A DNA stretch of 64,000 nucleotides from an uncultured delta proteobacterium. Its GTDB lineage: Bacteria > Myxococcota_A > Polyangia > Fen-1088. The translations under genes were made by a program, and so were the position numbers. The notes beneath the pieces are model-generated. The model worked only from the letters and a program-made list of their open reading frames with translations. It ran no database searches and was not told the DNA's origin. This document shows, one piece after another, positions 9,184-19,536 of the stretch. Each line of letters starts with the position of its first letter. Position 1 is the first letter of the stretch. The stretch spans positions 128,001-192,000 of the forward strand of contig CAVTRY010000014.1 of NCBI GenBank assembly GCA_963737265.1. Reading direction: 5' to 3'.

Positions 9184-9396
9184 CTTGCTGCCGAAGGTCG
9201 TGCGGAGAGTCGGTGGTATACTACCATAACGCCGCTGCCCACAAGACCCAGTTGGCCGGTCCGCAGCTAAATCTACCAGTTGCGTCCTGTTTCGCGGTTG
9301 TGTCTCGCGGGCGCCAACAAACGTAGATTCGAACCGGCCAGATGCCTTCGCCGTCAGAAATCAGGCATGGAGAGACCGCTTTGATCTCGGGTGGCG

Positions 9397-10878
9397 CTAT
9401 CCTAACGGAAGCTCGACGGTAAAACGGGCGCCTCCCAGGGGCGACCGGCTCACGGTCACGTCGCCGCCGTGGTCGATGACGATCTTGCGGACGATGGCGA
9501 GTCCCAAGCCCGTGCCGCCCTCGCGGTGGGTGACGTAGGGGTCGAAGATATGTTGACGTTCAGACTCGGGCACGCCGGGGCCGTTGTCGTCGATGAAGAT
9601 GGCAGCTCGCCTTTGCTCGCGTTGCATCTCGGCGTGGATACGCACCTCCGGCTGACGACCCGCGCTTTGGGCGGCTTGCATGGCGTTCTCGACGAGATTG
9701 GCGATCACGCGGCGGAACAACGTCTTGTCACAAAGGGCGGGCACGGGCGCTCGACTCGGCTCGACGATCACCAGCCCCTGCCAATCCGGTTGCAGGCGGA
9801 CGATGTCCACCAGCAACGACGTTATGTCGATGGCAAGCGGATCGACCTTGGGCAATTTGGCGAGGGCGGAGAAGTCATCGACCAGGCGGCGCAGTCCCGT
9901 GATTTCCTCGCGCAGGATCTCGGTGGCGGTGTCGAGCAGCCGCTTATACGAGGCATCGTCGCCGCGGTACTTGGACGCAAGCTCCTGCACGGCCAGTTGG
10001 ATTGGCGTGAGTGGATTCTTGATCTCGTGGGCCAGCCGCCGCGCCACTTCCTGCCACGCCGAAACCTTTTGCAGGTACTCGAGGCGCGAGCGGGCTTGGC
10101 CGAGCTCCGCCACCATGCCGTCGAAGGCGCGCCCGAGCTCCGCCAGCTCGTCCTTGCCGGCGAGCGCGACGCGCACATGCAAATCGCCCGCGCCCACGCG
10201 TCGGGCAGCCTCGTGCAGACGCGCCACCCGCCGCGTCACCTGGCGCGCGAAGAACCAGCCAAGCAGCGGAGCCGCGGCCAGCATGACGAGCACGAGCAGG
10301 ATGTACTGGCGCAAAAAGCGGGGAATGACCAAGTCGTAGACGCGGCCGAGTTGCTGTTCCTTGTCGATGGCATCGCGCAGAGAGAGAAAATTTTCGTACA
10401 TGTCGAGCGGAATGCCGAAGGTCAACTCCAAGATACGCGAGGGCTGATTATCGGTCGCCTTCTTGCTCGTCTTCTTGCTCGTCTTGCTCGGCAAGGCCAC
10501 GACGATAGGCGGGGCTTCGCGCGAGCGCGAGAGCACGGCGGGCCCGTTTTCCCACACGTCGACTTCTTCATCGCCGTCGAGCAAGCGCGCGCGCAGCAGG
10601 CCTTCCGTCGCCGCCAAGCTCGCCATCTCGGTGACGCCGCCGGCAGCGATGATCTGGGCGCGACGGCGAAACTCGTCCTTGCGATCGGTGAAGTAGGAGC
10701 GAAAAACCTCAGCCGCGTGCTTGGATGCGTTGGCGACTTGTTCGGACTGCTCGATGGAGAAGTCGGCAAAGCGGTGCACGACATAGTAGAGCGCATAGGC
10801 CGACAGCAGCGCCGACAGAAATGCGACCAGCAGCATTTCGCCCAGCATCTTGAGGGCGAAGCGCCCAGGCCACCTCAC
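9397..10878 (-). CDS. NtrY-like HAMP sensor histidine kinase
   Basis: AWQEVARRLAHEIKNPLTPIQL H-box, DDNGPG, GTGLGLAIV. Confidence 0.92.
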   Translation of the reverse strand: MRWPGRFALKMLGEMLLVAFLSALLSAYALYYVVHRFADFSIEQSEQVANASKHAAEVFRSYFTDRKDEFRRRAQIIAAGGVTEMASLAATEGLLRARLLDGDEEVDVWENGPAVLSRSREAPPIVVALPSKTSKKTSKKATDNQPSRILELTFGIPLDMYENFLSLRDAIDKEQQLGRVYDLVIPRFLRQYILLVLVMLAAAPLLGWFFARQVTRRVARLHEAARRVGAGDLHVRVALAGKDELAELGRAFDGMVAELGQARSRLEYLQKVSAWQEVARRLAHEIKNPLTPIQLAVQELASKYRGDDASYKRLLDTATEILREEITGLRRLVDDFSALAKLPKVDPLAIDITSLLVDIVRLQPDWQGLVIVEPSRAPVPALCDKTLFRRVIANLVENAMQAAQSAGRQPEVRIHAEMQREQRRAAIFIDDNGPGVPESERQHIFDPYVTHREGGTGLGLAIVRKIVIDHGGDVTVSRSPLGGARFTVELPLG

Positions 10879-11531
10879 GGCGGCGACTCCAGCGGTGCCT
10901 TGAACGGCTGCGAGACGATCTGGACGAGCCGCTCGCTGTCCTCGATGCGCGGGTTCACGAACACACTGACGAACGACCCGAAGAAGTTGTCGCCCGAGCC
11001 GGTTCTTCCCCGGCCGCTTGGGCGGGACAGCCAGCGCCGCACATTGGTGACGAGCTCCTCCGAGATGGGATTCAGATCCGCGCGAACGCTGAGGTGATAG
11101 GTCGCACCAGGATCGAGCTTGTCGATGTCGATGAGCGGAAACGCGGCGAGCTTTGTCGCAATAGCCACGGCGGCCTCGGGGGTGGTCACCACATGGACCT
11201 CTGGTTTGGTCGGCTCATCGGTCGAGGTGCGCACGCGAATCTTCTCGTCCCACAGATCGTAGACGATTTCGGAAAGGCGCGTGGCGTGCGCAACCGGCTC
11301 GTCGCTGCCCTCGCGCAGAAGTACCACGCGAATCAGGACGCGCGTGGAAAACCCGGACAGCAGGCGATCCACATCGCGCGGTTGGAAAACGTCCCGAAGC
11401 CCGACGCTGGCCACCAGCTTGTCACCCTTGCGCGCGATCCCCGTGGTGCGGACGTGCGGCGCGGCGGCCGTGGCCGTCGTTGCCAGCATGGCCGAAATCG
11501 CAACGCCGAGAAAAGCTGCCCGCCAGGTCAT
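10875..11531 (-). CDS. DUF4390-like exported protein
   Basis: Signal peptide, IVYDLWDE motif, and position upstream of an NtrY-like kinase, as usual for DUF4390. Confidence 0.7.
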   Translation of the reverse strand: MTWRAAFLGVAISAMLATTATAAAPHVRTTGIARKGDKLVASVGLRDVFQPRDVDRLLSGFSTRVLIRVVLLREGSDEPVAHATRLSEIVYDLWDEKIRVRTSTDEPTKPEVHVVTTPEAAVAIATKLAAFPLIDIDKLDPGATYHLSVRADLNPISEELVTNVRRWLSRPSGRGRTGSGDNFFGSFVSVFVNPRIEDSERLVQIVSQPFKAPLESPP

Positions 11532-13009
11532 CAGAAGGGGATCCGGCCGATGGCGTTGGCCACCGAGAGGGTGAAGATGCCGATGTAGGTATCGAGACGG
11601 ATGCCGAGATCCGCGGTGAGATCGGGCGCGACGGCGTGCGACAAGGAGAGATTGCTGTTTCTGAGGTCGTCCGGGTTGGACAGCGCGAACACGCCGAAAG
11701 CCGCGAAGGCGTCGCCGCGATAAAGCAACCCGTGTCGGCTCCAGACGGGAACTGCGTACTCGACGAGGACTCGTCCGGCGAGGTTGTTGTAGCGACGAGC
11801 CGCACTGCCGGTGCCGAGAAAATCGAACGACGGCTGGGTCGAAAAGTTGAGTCCGAGCGCGCGCGGCGGCAGCAGTTGGTTGAGGTCGCCGACGAAGAAG
11901 CGATCGAAATAGGGCGCGTCGCCCGCGATGCCGCCCAAGAATCCGTGGATGCCGATGACGTGCCCCGAGCGCAGCAGGAAATACGACGAGGACTGGGCCA
12001 CGCCTTTGACGAAGCCATAGTTCGAGGCGAGCGCCGACGTACTGGCTTCGACCGACAGCGAGATGTGGTGGCCGCCGCGAGGAAGCACCGGATCCGAGCG
12101 CGAATCGATGTCGAGGGTGAGGCCGAGCGTTGCGAGATGGCTCGCGCCGTCGCGCACGGCAAAGGGGATCTCGACGATCTGACCATCGGGTGTCGTCTGT
12201 GTGCGGTCACCGGGAAGGTCGGCGCGAATGGACTCGAAGCGTGCTTCGCCCAGCAAAAAGAAGGTGCGCGACAAAACCCGGCCCGCGCCGACGGTTCCGC
12301 CCAGCCGGCGCACGTTCGCCGCGACGAAGTCGGCCGGAGCGGAGCTGCCATCGCCGCCGCTTGTGCGGAAGAACTCGCTGCCGCGCGAGGCAGTGAAGCT
12401 TGCTTGCAGCGCGAGGCGGCCCGAGAAGAAGGTGGGCGGGCCGGCCATGTGCAAGGCGCCGGCGAAACCAGGCTCGGAGCCCGCGACTTTCGGCCGCGTG
12501 GAGCCAACGAAACCGCCGCCGAGGGAAAGCCCGCGGCCGAAAAGATTGCGCTCGGTAGCCGCCAGCCCGCCCCACACCGCCGTCGCCTGGCTGGTGCCCA
12601 AATAGACCGCATCGAGAATCACGGTGCCGCGCTCCTCCACCTCGACCACGAGGGTGGCGAGGCCGCGGCGTTCGCCCCTGGCCAGGGAAAGGTGCACGTC
12701 GAGAAAGAAGCCGAGCGAAAGCAGCCGCAGTCGTGCCAGCCCCACGCGCGCGTCGTTGGCCGCGACGACATCCCCAGGCACGAGCCCCACCTCGCGCAGG
12801 ATGAGCGCGGTCTGGGTCTTGTGGTTGCCGCGCACTTCGATGCGTTCGAGCCGATAGCGCGGCTGAAACGCGGGGTCGGGCGGGAATTCCGGCAAGCCTA
12901 GAGCAGCCGGACTGGCTGCTTGCTGCGCCGCCAGCAGTTCGCTTTCAACCGATCCAGCGAACGCTACGCGAGAGAAGCCGATCAAGAACAATGCACAGAG
13001 GGTGCGCAT
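11531..13009 (-). CDS. Omp85/BamA-TamA family outer-membrane protein
   Basis: POTRA (IEVRGNHKT..ILRE..LGFF..VEVEER), beta-barrel strands, C-terminal Phe. Confidence 0.85.
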   Translation of the reverse strand: MRTLCALFLIGFSRVAFAGSVESELLAAQQAASPAALGLPEFPPDPAFQPRYRLERIEVRGNHKTQTALILREVGLVPGDVVAANDARVGLARLRLLSLGFFLDVHLSLARGERRGLATLVVEVEERGTVILDAVYLGTSQATAVWGGLAATERNLFGRGLSLGGGFVGSTRPKVAGSEPGFAGALHMAGPPTFFSGRLALQASFTASRGSEFFRTSGGDGSSAPADFVAANVRRLGGTVGAGRVLSRTFFLLGEARFESIRADLPGDRTQTTPDGQIVEIPFAVRDGASHLATLGLTLDIDSRSDPVLPRGGHHISLSVEASTSALASNYGFVKGVAQSSSYFLLRSGHVIGIHGFLGGIAGDAPYFDRFFVGDLNQLLPPRALGLNFSTQPSFDFLGTGSAARRYNNLAGRVLVEYAVPVWSRHGLLYRGDAFAAFGVFALSNPDDLRNSNLSLSHAVAPDLTADLGIRLDTYIGIFTLSVANAIGRIPF

Positions 13010-13098
13010 GGAGCAGCGGCGATTCTACAGAGGATTCAAGCTAAGTGGCGAATCGTCGTGGCGGCGGCGGATTCGGCCGCGCAGGACCCGCGAGCCCT

Positions 13099-13848
13099 TT
13101 AGTTGATGCTTATCCGCGGCGCGAGGGCCACGGCGTGAACCACGGAGTCGAGGCGGCGCTGCACTTCTTCTGACGGATTGAGGAGGGTCATGCGTTCGAG
13201 AACGAAGCGCAGCCGTTCCTGGTCGCCGCGCAGCTCGTAGATGGAGCGCAGGTTGTTGAGCATGCGTAGGACGATCTGGCGGCGCGACGCGGGCACCAAG
13301 TACTGTTCATCGACGTCGCCGGGATCGCCAGTCGCCGATTCGTAGATCGATTGCAACGCAGCCCGCGTAAGCACCCGACCATCAAAGGGATCGATGGTGG
13401 CCATGTCGCCGGTGACCTTGGCGGCGCGCACGAGGAAGTGACCGGGAAAGGAAATACCTTCGGCGACGACGCCCGCGCGCCGGCACACGCCGAGCAAGAC
13501 CACCGCCAGCGAAAGCGGGTTCCCGGTACGTCGGTCAATCACGTGGTTGAGAAAGCTGTTTTGCGGATCGTAGTAGTCCGTCACGTTGCCGCGAAAGCCA
13601 AGCTCGCCGTACAGCAACCGCAAAATGGGCATGATGCGATCCGCGGGTGATGGGCCGCATTGGGGATAGAAGCGCAGCTTGATGCGCCCGAGCTCGCCCA
13701 TCACGTCGAGCTTGTTGACGTACGACTGGATGTCGAGGCCAGGATGTTCGGGCTCGGCCAGGAGCAAGGCCAGGTGCTCCACGTCCAGCTTGTCTTCCGC
13801 CCTCGACATAAGGTGCGCGAACAGCAGCAGATCGGCCTGGCCACTCAT
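13099..13848 (-). CDS. SirB1/transglutaminase-like (Transglut_core2) protein
   Basis: GFRGNVTDYYDPQNSFLNHVIDRRTGNPLSL, GISFPGHFL, IDPFDG, RMLNNL; start could be 13887. Confidence 0.88.
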   Translation of the reverse strand: MSGQADLLLFAHLMSRAEDKLDVEHLALLLAEPEHPGLDIQSYVNKLDVMGELGRIKLRFYPQCGPSPADRIMPILRLLYGELGFRGNVTDYYDPQNSFLNHVIDRRTGNPLSLAVVLLGVCRRAGVVAEGISFPGHFLVRAAKVTGDMATIDPFDGRVLTRAALQSIYESATGDPGDVDEQYLVPASRRQIVLRMLNNLRSIYELRGDQERLRFVLERMTLLNPSEEVQRRLDSVVHAVALAPRISIN

Positions 13849-14001
13849 AGGTGATAAGGAAGATAGCAGAGCATGGACCCAAGGCATCTGCTTTCTTGGC
13901 CAAGGGAGATCATAGATCGATGATCGTCAAGACCTCTGGCAAGCGACGGCGGCGATAGTAAATCGACGGGAATTGCCCAAAGGCCCGAAACCAGCGTCAA
14001 T

Positions 14002-16071
14002 TTACTGGCGCGAAGGTTCCGCCAGGCGCGCTTCGATCTCGGCCAGCCGCGCTTCAAGCGCGGGAACGCGCGCCGCCGCCATGGTGGCAGCCTGGTACTG
14101 CGTTTCGAGGTCGAAGAGACGCTCGTATACTTCCTCCGGATCGGGGGCTTCCGCGCGTAGCTCGGAAAGGCGGCGCTCGCGCTCGTCGCTAGAGCGCACG
14201 CGCTGCTCGAGCTCGGCCAAACGCTCGGCATCGGCGGCGTGAGCGGCCTTGGACTCGAGGAGCGTGACCTCAAGCTCGGCCAGGCGCGCAGCCGCTCCCG
14301 CGCGCGCAGCCGTGCACTCGGCAAGCGCAGCTTCGCCCTCCGCCAAGCGCATCGTCTCGATGGCACGAGCAGCTTTGCACTCGGCGAGAGCAGCTTCGGC
14401 TTCAGCCAAGCGCGCGGTATCGGCCAGGCGCGCGGTGTCGGACTCGGCGAGTGCGGCTTCGGCTTCGCTTAAGCGAGCACGAAGCGTGTCGGCTTCGCCG
14501 CGCAGGGCCGCGACGCGCGCCCGCGAATCGTCGAGCTCCGCCTGTTCTCGTCCCCTCGCCTCGCTGTCCTTCGCAGTCGTGTACTGCGCGCGCAGCAGGA
14601 GACCTTCCAGCTCGGCCAGGCGAGAGCGTCGCTGGCGATCGGCGTTCTCCACCTCGGCCAGCGCCTTTTTCAGCTGCTCGACTTCCGCGGCAGCGGCGGC
14701 CTGACGCTTCTCGCTCGTCGCCAATTCATCTTCGAGCTCGGCCACCAAGCTTCCCTGCTCGTTGGCGGCATCGCGCAGCCGGTTCATCTCTTCGACGTGG
14801 GCGGCGGCAGCCTGGCGATATTCTTCGATCGCCTGCCCGCGCACCTTGAGCGTCTCCAGCAGCTCGTTCTCTTGTTGGGATTGTGATCGCCCACGCTCGC
14901 GCTCGCTGCCCAGGCTGGCCAGCTCGGCACGCGCGCGGCCAATCTCGTCCTCGGCGGCGTCGGCCCGCCATAGCGCATGTTGATTGGCGGTTTCCAGCGC
15001 CGCGATGCGATCGTCGCGCTCGGACAGGGCCGACTCGCGCGCAGCGAGCTCACTCTCGCGCCGCCTTAACTCTTCGGTCAGGTACGGGTCCGGCGCTGGT
15101 TCGCCCGCGCGAAGTCCCGCGGTCAGGCGCTGGGCCAGCACGGTCATCTCTTCCGTCGTTTTGCGCGTAAGATTGACGACCGATTCGTCGGCCTCGATGA
15201 GCGCGTGGCGCAAGCGGCGCACTTCCTCGTCGAGCTCGGCGCGCGCCTCGGCGGTGCGGCGCAAGCGGGCGCGCAGCTCCTCGATTTCTTCGCTCTGCGC
15301 GCGCGACACCCGCACGAGGCCCAGGGTCTTGCCCTCGCTTTCGGTCAGGCGTTGGCGCAGCTCCGCAAGAACGGTGTCGGGCGCCTTGCCGGAAACGCCC
15401 GCTCCTGCTCGTTCGTGCGACGGTCCGGCGCAAGCGTCGGCGGGGATCTGCACCAGGGCGTAGCCGAGTGGATGGCGTTCATTGGGGCCGGCCAGGGCGA
15501 TGTAGTGGGTAGGCTCTTCGCCTGCGCGTAGGGCAAGCTCCGGGTCGACGCGCAGGTCGGCGGCGGCCTCGTCGAATTCGGCGATGCCGTAGGCCGCAAA
15601 GGGCGTCTGGCCGAACATGCGAACGGTAGCGAAATGCGGGGTCAGAGCGTCGACGACATCGTAGTAAGGAACGCCCTCGCCTCGGTCGCCATTCTGTACG
15701 ACACAGGCCAGTTGGCCACCGGGTGCCACTAGGGCAAGCAGCGCGGAAAGTGGCACCGAACTACGGCCGCGCAGCACGTCCGCAGCATCGGGCACCAGCA
15801 CCAGATCGAATGCCCCAGACGCGTCGATGGAACCCGACGCCATGGTGACGAAGCCCAAGGCGCCCTCGTGGTTCCGCGTTCGCGCTATGGAGAGTTCGCG
15901 CGGGCCGCACGCGCCAATCACGCTGCTCGCTCCCAAACGAACCAGGTGGGCCGCGGCCTCGCCCGTGCCGCAGTCGACTTCGAGCACGCGCCGTCCGACG
16001 ACGAGAGGCCGCAAGTAGCTATACACGGCCGCGCGGCGAATACCGCTCTTGGGCATGGATTGGTCGGCCAT
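14002..16071 (-). CDS. Methyltransferase-like N-terminal domain plus long coiled-coil protein
   Basis: RVLEVDCGTG degenerate SAM motif followed by an Ala/Glu/Arg-rich heptad region. Confidence 0.7.
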   Translation of the reverse strand: MADQSMPKSGIRRAAVYSYLRPLVVGRRVLEVDCGTGEAAAHLVRLGASSVIGACGPRELSIARTRNHEGALGFVTMASGSIDASGAFDLVLVPDAADVLRGRSSVPLSALLALVAPGGQLACVVQNGDRGEGVPYYDVVDALTPHFATVRMFGQTPFAAYGIAEFDEAAADLRVDPELALRAGEEPTHYIALAGPNERHPLGYALVQIPADACAGPSHERAGAGVSGKAPDTVLAELRQRLTESEGKTLGLVRVSRAQSEEIEELRARLRRTAEARAELDEEVRRLRHALIEADESVVNLTRKTTEEMTVLAQRLTAGLRAGEPAPDPYLTEELRRRESELAARESALSERDDRIAALETANQHALWRADAAEDEIGRARAELASLGSERERGRSQSQQENELLETLKVRGQAIEEYRQAAAAHVEEMNRLRDAANEQGSLVAELEDELATSEKRQAAAAAEVEQLKKALAEVENADRQRRSRLAELEGLLLRAQYTTAKDSEARGREQAELDDSRARVAALRGEADTLRARLSEAEAALAESDTARLADTARLAEAEAALAECKAARAIETMRLAEGEAALAECTAARAGAAARLAELEVTLLESKAAHAADAERLAELEQRVRSSDERERRLSELRAEAPDPEEVYERLFDLETQYQAATMAAARVPALEARLAEIEARLAEPSRQ

Positions 16072-16208
16072 TGGCGCAGCACTATATACAATAAGAAGCG
16101 GCATCGGCACCTTTGGAGCCCACGTCGATCGAATTATTGTTGCGGTGCTGCTTGCCCTTCGGCCCCAAGCCGACTATAAATCCCCTCCTTCACACGAGGT
16201 TTCGCGTC

Positions 16209-16430
16209 ATGCCCAAGATGGGGATTCACCCAAGCTATCAGCCCTGCACGATTTCCTGCGCCTGCGGACACAAGGTAGATACCTTCTCCACGCGCGGGTC
16301 GTTCATGGTGGACATTTGTTCGAACTGCCACCCGTTCTACACCGGGAAGCAGAAGTTCTTGGACACTGGTGGCCGTATCGAGCGCTTCAACAAGAAGTAC
16401 GGCCGCCCGAGCGCCACGCCGACGGAATAG
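16209..16430 (+). CDS. rpmE: 50S ribosomal protein L31 (zinc-binding type)
   Basis: [41 protein letters not shown]. Confidence 0.97.
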   Translation: MPKMGIHPSYQPCTISCACGHKVDTFSTRGSFMVDICSNCHPFYTGKQKFLDTGGRIERFNKKYGRPSATPTE

Positions 16431-16472
16431 GGGATTGGGCCGCGCGGGCCTTGCCGCGGGCTCGCGTTCTTT

Positions 16473-17558
16473 ATGCTCGACAATCTGCTGCTCGCCAAGC
16501 TGGCGGCTGTCGAGAGCCGCTTCGACGAGCTGACCGGTAAGCTCTCCGATCCGGAGGTGCTGGCGCGCCCGCAGGCCATGCTGAAGCTGGCCAAGGAGCA
16601 CTCCGACCTGCGCGAGCTGGTGGACACCTTGCGCATCCATCGCGCCAACGGCCGGCGCATCGACGAAGCGCGCGAAATGCAGAAGGATCCCGAGATGCGG
16701 GATCTGGCGCGCCAGGAAGAAACCGAGCTCGGCGCCGAACAGCTCCAGCTTGAGGAACGCCTGAAGCTGCTGCTCTTGCCCAAGGATCCCAACGACGACA
16801 AAAGTATTTTGCTCGAAATCCGCGGCGGCACCGGCGGCGAAGAAGCGGCGCTGTTTGCCTCCGACCTGTTTCGCATGTATTCGCGCTTCGCCGAACGGCG
16901 ACGCTGGAAGGTCGAGATTCTGTCCATGTCGAGCGCATCGGCGGGCGGGCTCAAGGAAGTCGTGGCGGCCGTGGAGGGTCGCGGCGCCTATGCCCACCTC
17001 AAATACGAATCGGGCGTCCATCGCGTGCAGCGCGTGCCCACCACCGAGGCGCAGGGGCGCATCCACACCTCGACTGCGACGGTGGCCATCATGCCCGAGC
17101 TCGAAGACGTGGATATCAACATCGACCCCAAGGATCTCAAGATCGAGGTCATGCGTTCGGGCGGCCCCGGCGGCCAGTCGGTCAACACCACCGACTCCGC
17201 CGTGCGCATTCACCACATTCCCACCGGCCTTTACGTTCACTGCCAGCAGGAAAAGAGCCAGCACAAGAACAAGGCCATGGCCATGAAGATCCTGCGTTCG
17301 AAGCTGTACGAGATTGAGCTCGAAAAGCAGGAAACCGCCGAGCGCGAGGCCCGGCGCAGCCAGATCGGCAGCGGCGATCGCTCGGAGAAAATCCGCACCT
17401 ACAATTTCCCCCAAGATCGCCTGACCGACCACCGCATCGGCTACACCCGGCACAATCTGCCCGCCATCATGGACGGCGATCTCGAAGACATCATCAGCAG
17501 CCTGCGCTCGCATTTCCAGGCCGAAGCCCTGCGCGGCGACAATCCGCAAAAACCGTAG
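16473..17558 (+). CDS. prfA: Peptide chain release factor 1
   Basis: GGQ motif ([15 protein letters not shown]), PxT motif in [17 protein letters not shown]. Confidence 0.97.
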   Translation: MLDNLLLAKLAAVESRFDELTGKLSDPEVLARPQAMLKLAKEHSDLRELVDTLRIHRANGRRIDEAREMQKDPEMRDLARQEETELGAEQLQLEERLKLLLLPKDPNDDKSILLEIRGGTGGEEAALFASDLFRMYSRFAERRRWKVEILSMSSASAGGLKEVVAAVEGRGAYAHLKYESGVHRVQRVPTTEAQGRIHTSTATVAIMPELEDVDINIDPKDLKIEVMRSGGPGGQSVNTTDSAVRIHHIPTGLYVHCQQEKSQHKNKAMAMKILRSKLYEIELEKQETAEREARRSQIGSGDRSEKIRTYNFPQDRLTDHRIGYTRHNLPAIMDGDLEDIISSLRSHFQAEALRGDNPQKP

Positions 17559-17607
17559 GGCACGAGACGAAGTTGACGAAGGCCCCGCGGCAGGGAAACC
17601 TTCGAGC

Positions 17608-19446
17608 ATGCGCAGCCCTTCGCTCTTCGCCCCCGAACCAGGATCTGGTTCCACGCTTCGTTCGCGAGCCGACGTTTCCGACGCCGACCGCTGGGATCTC
17701 TCCAAGCTCTACGCCAACGACGCGGCTTGGGAGAGGGATCTCGAAAGTTACCGCGCCATGAGCGAGCGGATTCCCTCGTTCAGGGGCACGCTCGGCAAGG
17801 ACGCGGAATCGCTGGCGGTGGCGCTTGGCTTTCTGCGCGACTTCGGCAAGGTCGAGGAACGGCTCGCAGCCTACGCCAACCTGCGCGAGGCCGAGGACCA
17901 AGGGCTGTCGGAGGCGCGCGATCGCTCGGCGCGTTTCATAATGACCCAGGCCGAGGCTCAGGCCGCGTGGAGCTACCTCGATCCCGAGATTCAGGCCATT
18001 CCCGACGAGCGCATGGCCGGCTTCCTCGCGCATCCGGCACTGGCGGAGTTCGCGATTTGGCTGCGCAAGGTCCTCCGCTTTCGGCCGCACGTTCTTTCCG
18101 AAAAGGAAGAGCGGCTGCTGGCGATGCAGATCGAGGCCAACCAGACCGCCTCGAACGCCTTCACGGTGCTGACCGATGTCGACTTCGATTTCGGCACGCT
18201 TGAAACGCCCGACGGCACGCGACCGCTCAGCCATTCCTCATTTCCGAGCTTCCTGCAAAGTCGGGATCGCGAAGTGCGACGGCGCGCCTACGCTCTCTAC
18301 TACGCGCAGTACGACCGGCACAAGACTACGCTTGGCGTGCTGTACGCGGGATCGGTCCAGCTCGATCGCTATGCCGCGAAGGTGCGCAACCATGCCTCGG
18401 CACGCGCCATGGCGCTGTTTCCCGACGACATGCCCGAATCGGTCTATGACAACCTGGTGGCGGCGGTGAACGCGGGCTTGCCGGCGCTGCACAGGTATTA
18501 CGAGATCCGTCGCAAGTCCATGAAGCTCGACGAGCTTCGCCATTACGACGTGCGCGTGCCGCTGGTGGCGGGTGTCAGCTGGCGCCACAGCTATGACCAG
18601 GCCGTCGATGTCGTGCTGAAGGCGCTGGCGCCGCTGGGCGAGACGTATGGCACGGATCTCGGCAACGGCCTGCGCGGCGGCTGGGTCGACAGGTACGAGA
18701 ACAAGGGCAAAAATTCGGGCGCGTTTTCCTACGGTTGCTACGGCGCCGAACCCTACATCCTGATGAACTTCAAAGAGGACTTGCTCGACGACCTGTTCAC
18801 GCTCGCGCACGAAGCTGGCCATTCCATGCATTCGTTCCACAGCGCGCGCAACAACGCCTTTTTGCACTGGCACTACACGACCTTCGAAGCCGAGGTGGCG
18901 AGCACCTTCAACGAACAGCTCTTGCAGCGCTATCTCATCGACCACGCCGATTCGCCCGATGAGCGCGCCTATCTCGTCAACAAGGAGGTCGATTCCATCA
19001 TCGGCACGCTCTTCCGCCAAACCATGTTCGCCGAGTTCGAGGCGCGCGCGCACGCCCTGGTGGAATCGGGAACGCCGCTCACCGTGGACGTGATCCGCGC
19101 CGAGTACCGCGCGCTGCTCGAACGCTACTTTGGCCCCGGCATGAAGCTCGAAGCGACGAGCGATCTCGAGGGCCTGCGCATCCCCCACTTCTACCGCGCG
19201 TTCTACGTCTACACCTACGCCACCGGCATCTCCGCCGCCATTACGCTGGCCAATCGGGTGCTGACCGAAGGCCCCGCAGCGCGCGAAGACTACTTCGCCT
19301 TCCTGCGGTCCGGAGGCTCGCGCTACCCCCTGCAGTCGCTGAAACTGGCCGGCGTCGACATGGTCAGCTCCGCGCCAGTACAAGCCGCCATCGCACGTTT
19401 CGAGAAATTGGTGGGCGAGCTGGCTCAGTATCTGGGCGTGAGCTAG
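17608..19446 (+). CDS. pepF: Oligoendopeptidase F (M3B)
   Basis: WDLSKLY, GKNSGAFS, TLAHEAGHSMHS, AEVASTFNE, RIPHFY. Confidence 0.93.
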   Translation: MRSPSLFAPEPGSGSTLRSRADVSDADRWDLSKLYANDAAWERDLESYRAMSERIPSFRGTLGKDAESLAVALGFLRDFGKVEERLAAYANLREAEDQGLSEARDRSARFIMTQAEAQAAWSYLDPEIQAIPDERMAGFLAHPALAEFAIWLRKVLRFRPHVLSEKEERLLAMQIEANQTASNAFTVLTDVDFDFGTLETPDGTRPLSHSSFPSFLQSRDREVRRRAYALYYAQYDRHKTTLGVLYAGSVQLDRYAAKVRNHASARAMALFPDDMPESVYDNLVAAVNAGLPALHRYYEIRRKSMKLDELRHYDVRVPLVAGVSWRHSYDQAVDVVLKALAPLGETYGTDLGNGLRGGWVDRYENKGKNSGAFSYGCYGAEPYILMNFKEDLLDDLFTLAHEAGHSMHSFHSARNNAFLHWHYTTFEAEVASTFNEQLLQRYLIDHADSPDERAYLVNKEVDSIIGTLFRQTMFAEFEARAHALVESGTPLTVDVIRAEYRALLERYFGPGMKLEATSDLEGLRIPHFYRAFYVYTYATGISAAITLANRVLTEGPAAREDYFAFLRSGGSRYPLQSLKLAGVDMVSSAPVQAAIARFEKLVGELAQYLGVS

Positions 19447-19536
19447 ACCGCCAGCCTTTGCCGCAGCACGATGGCTTGCCGGCCCCGGTCGCACTAGGCT
19501 CGTCGATCTTCTACCTGCCCGGCGTATAATCTCCCT

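Noticed and set aside
17559-17607. Absence of prmC after prfA
   Set aside because: Gene order at this locus varies and prmC may lie elsewhere; cannot be judged from one window
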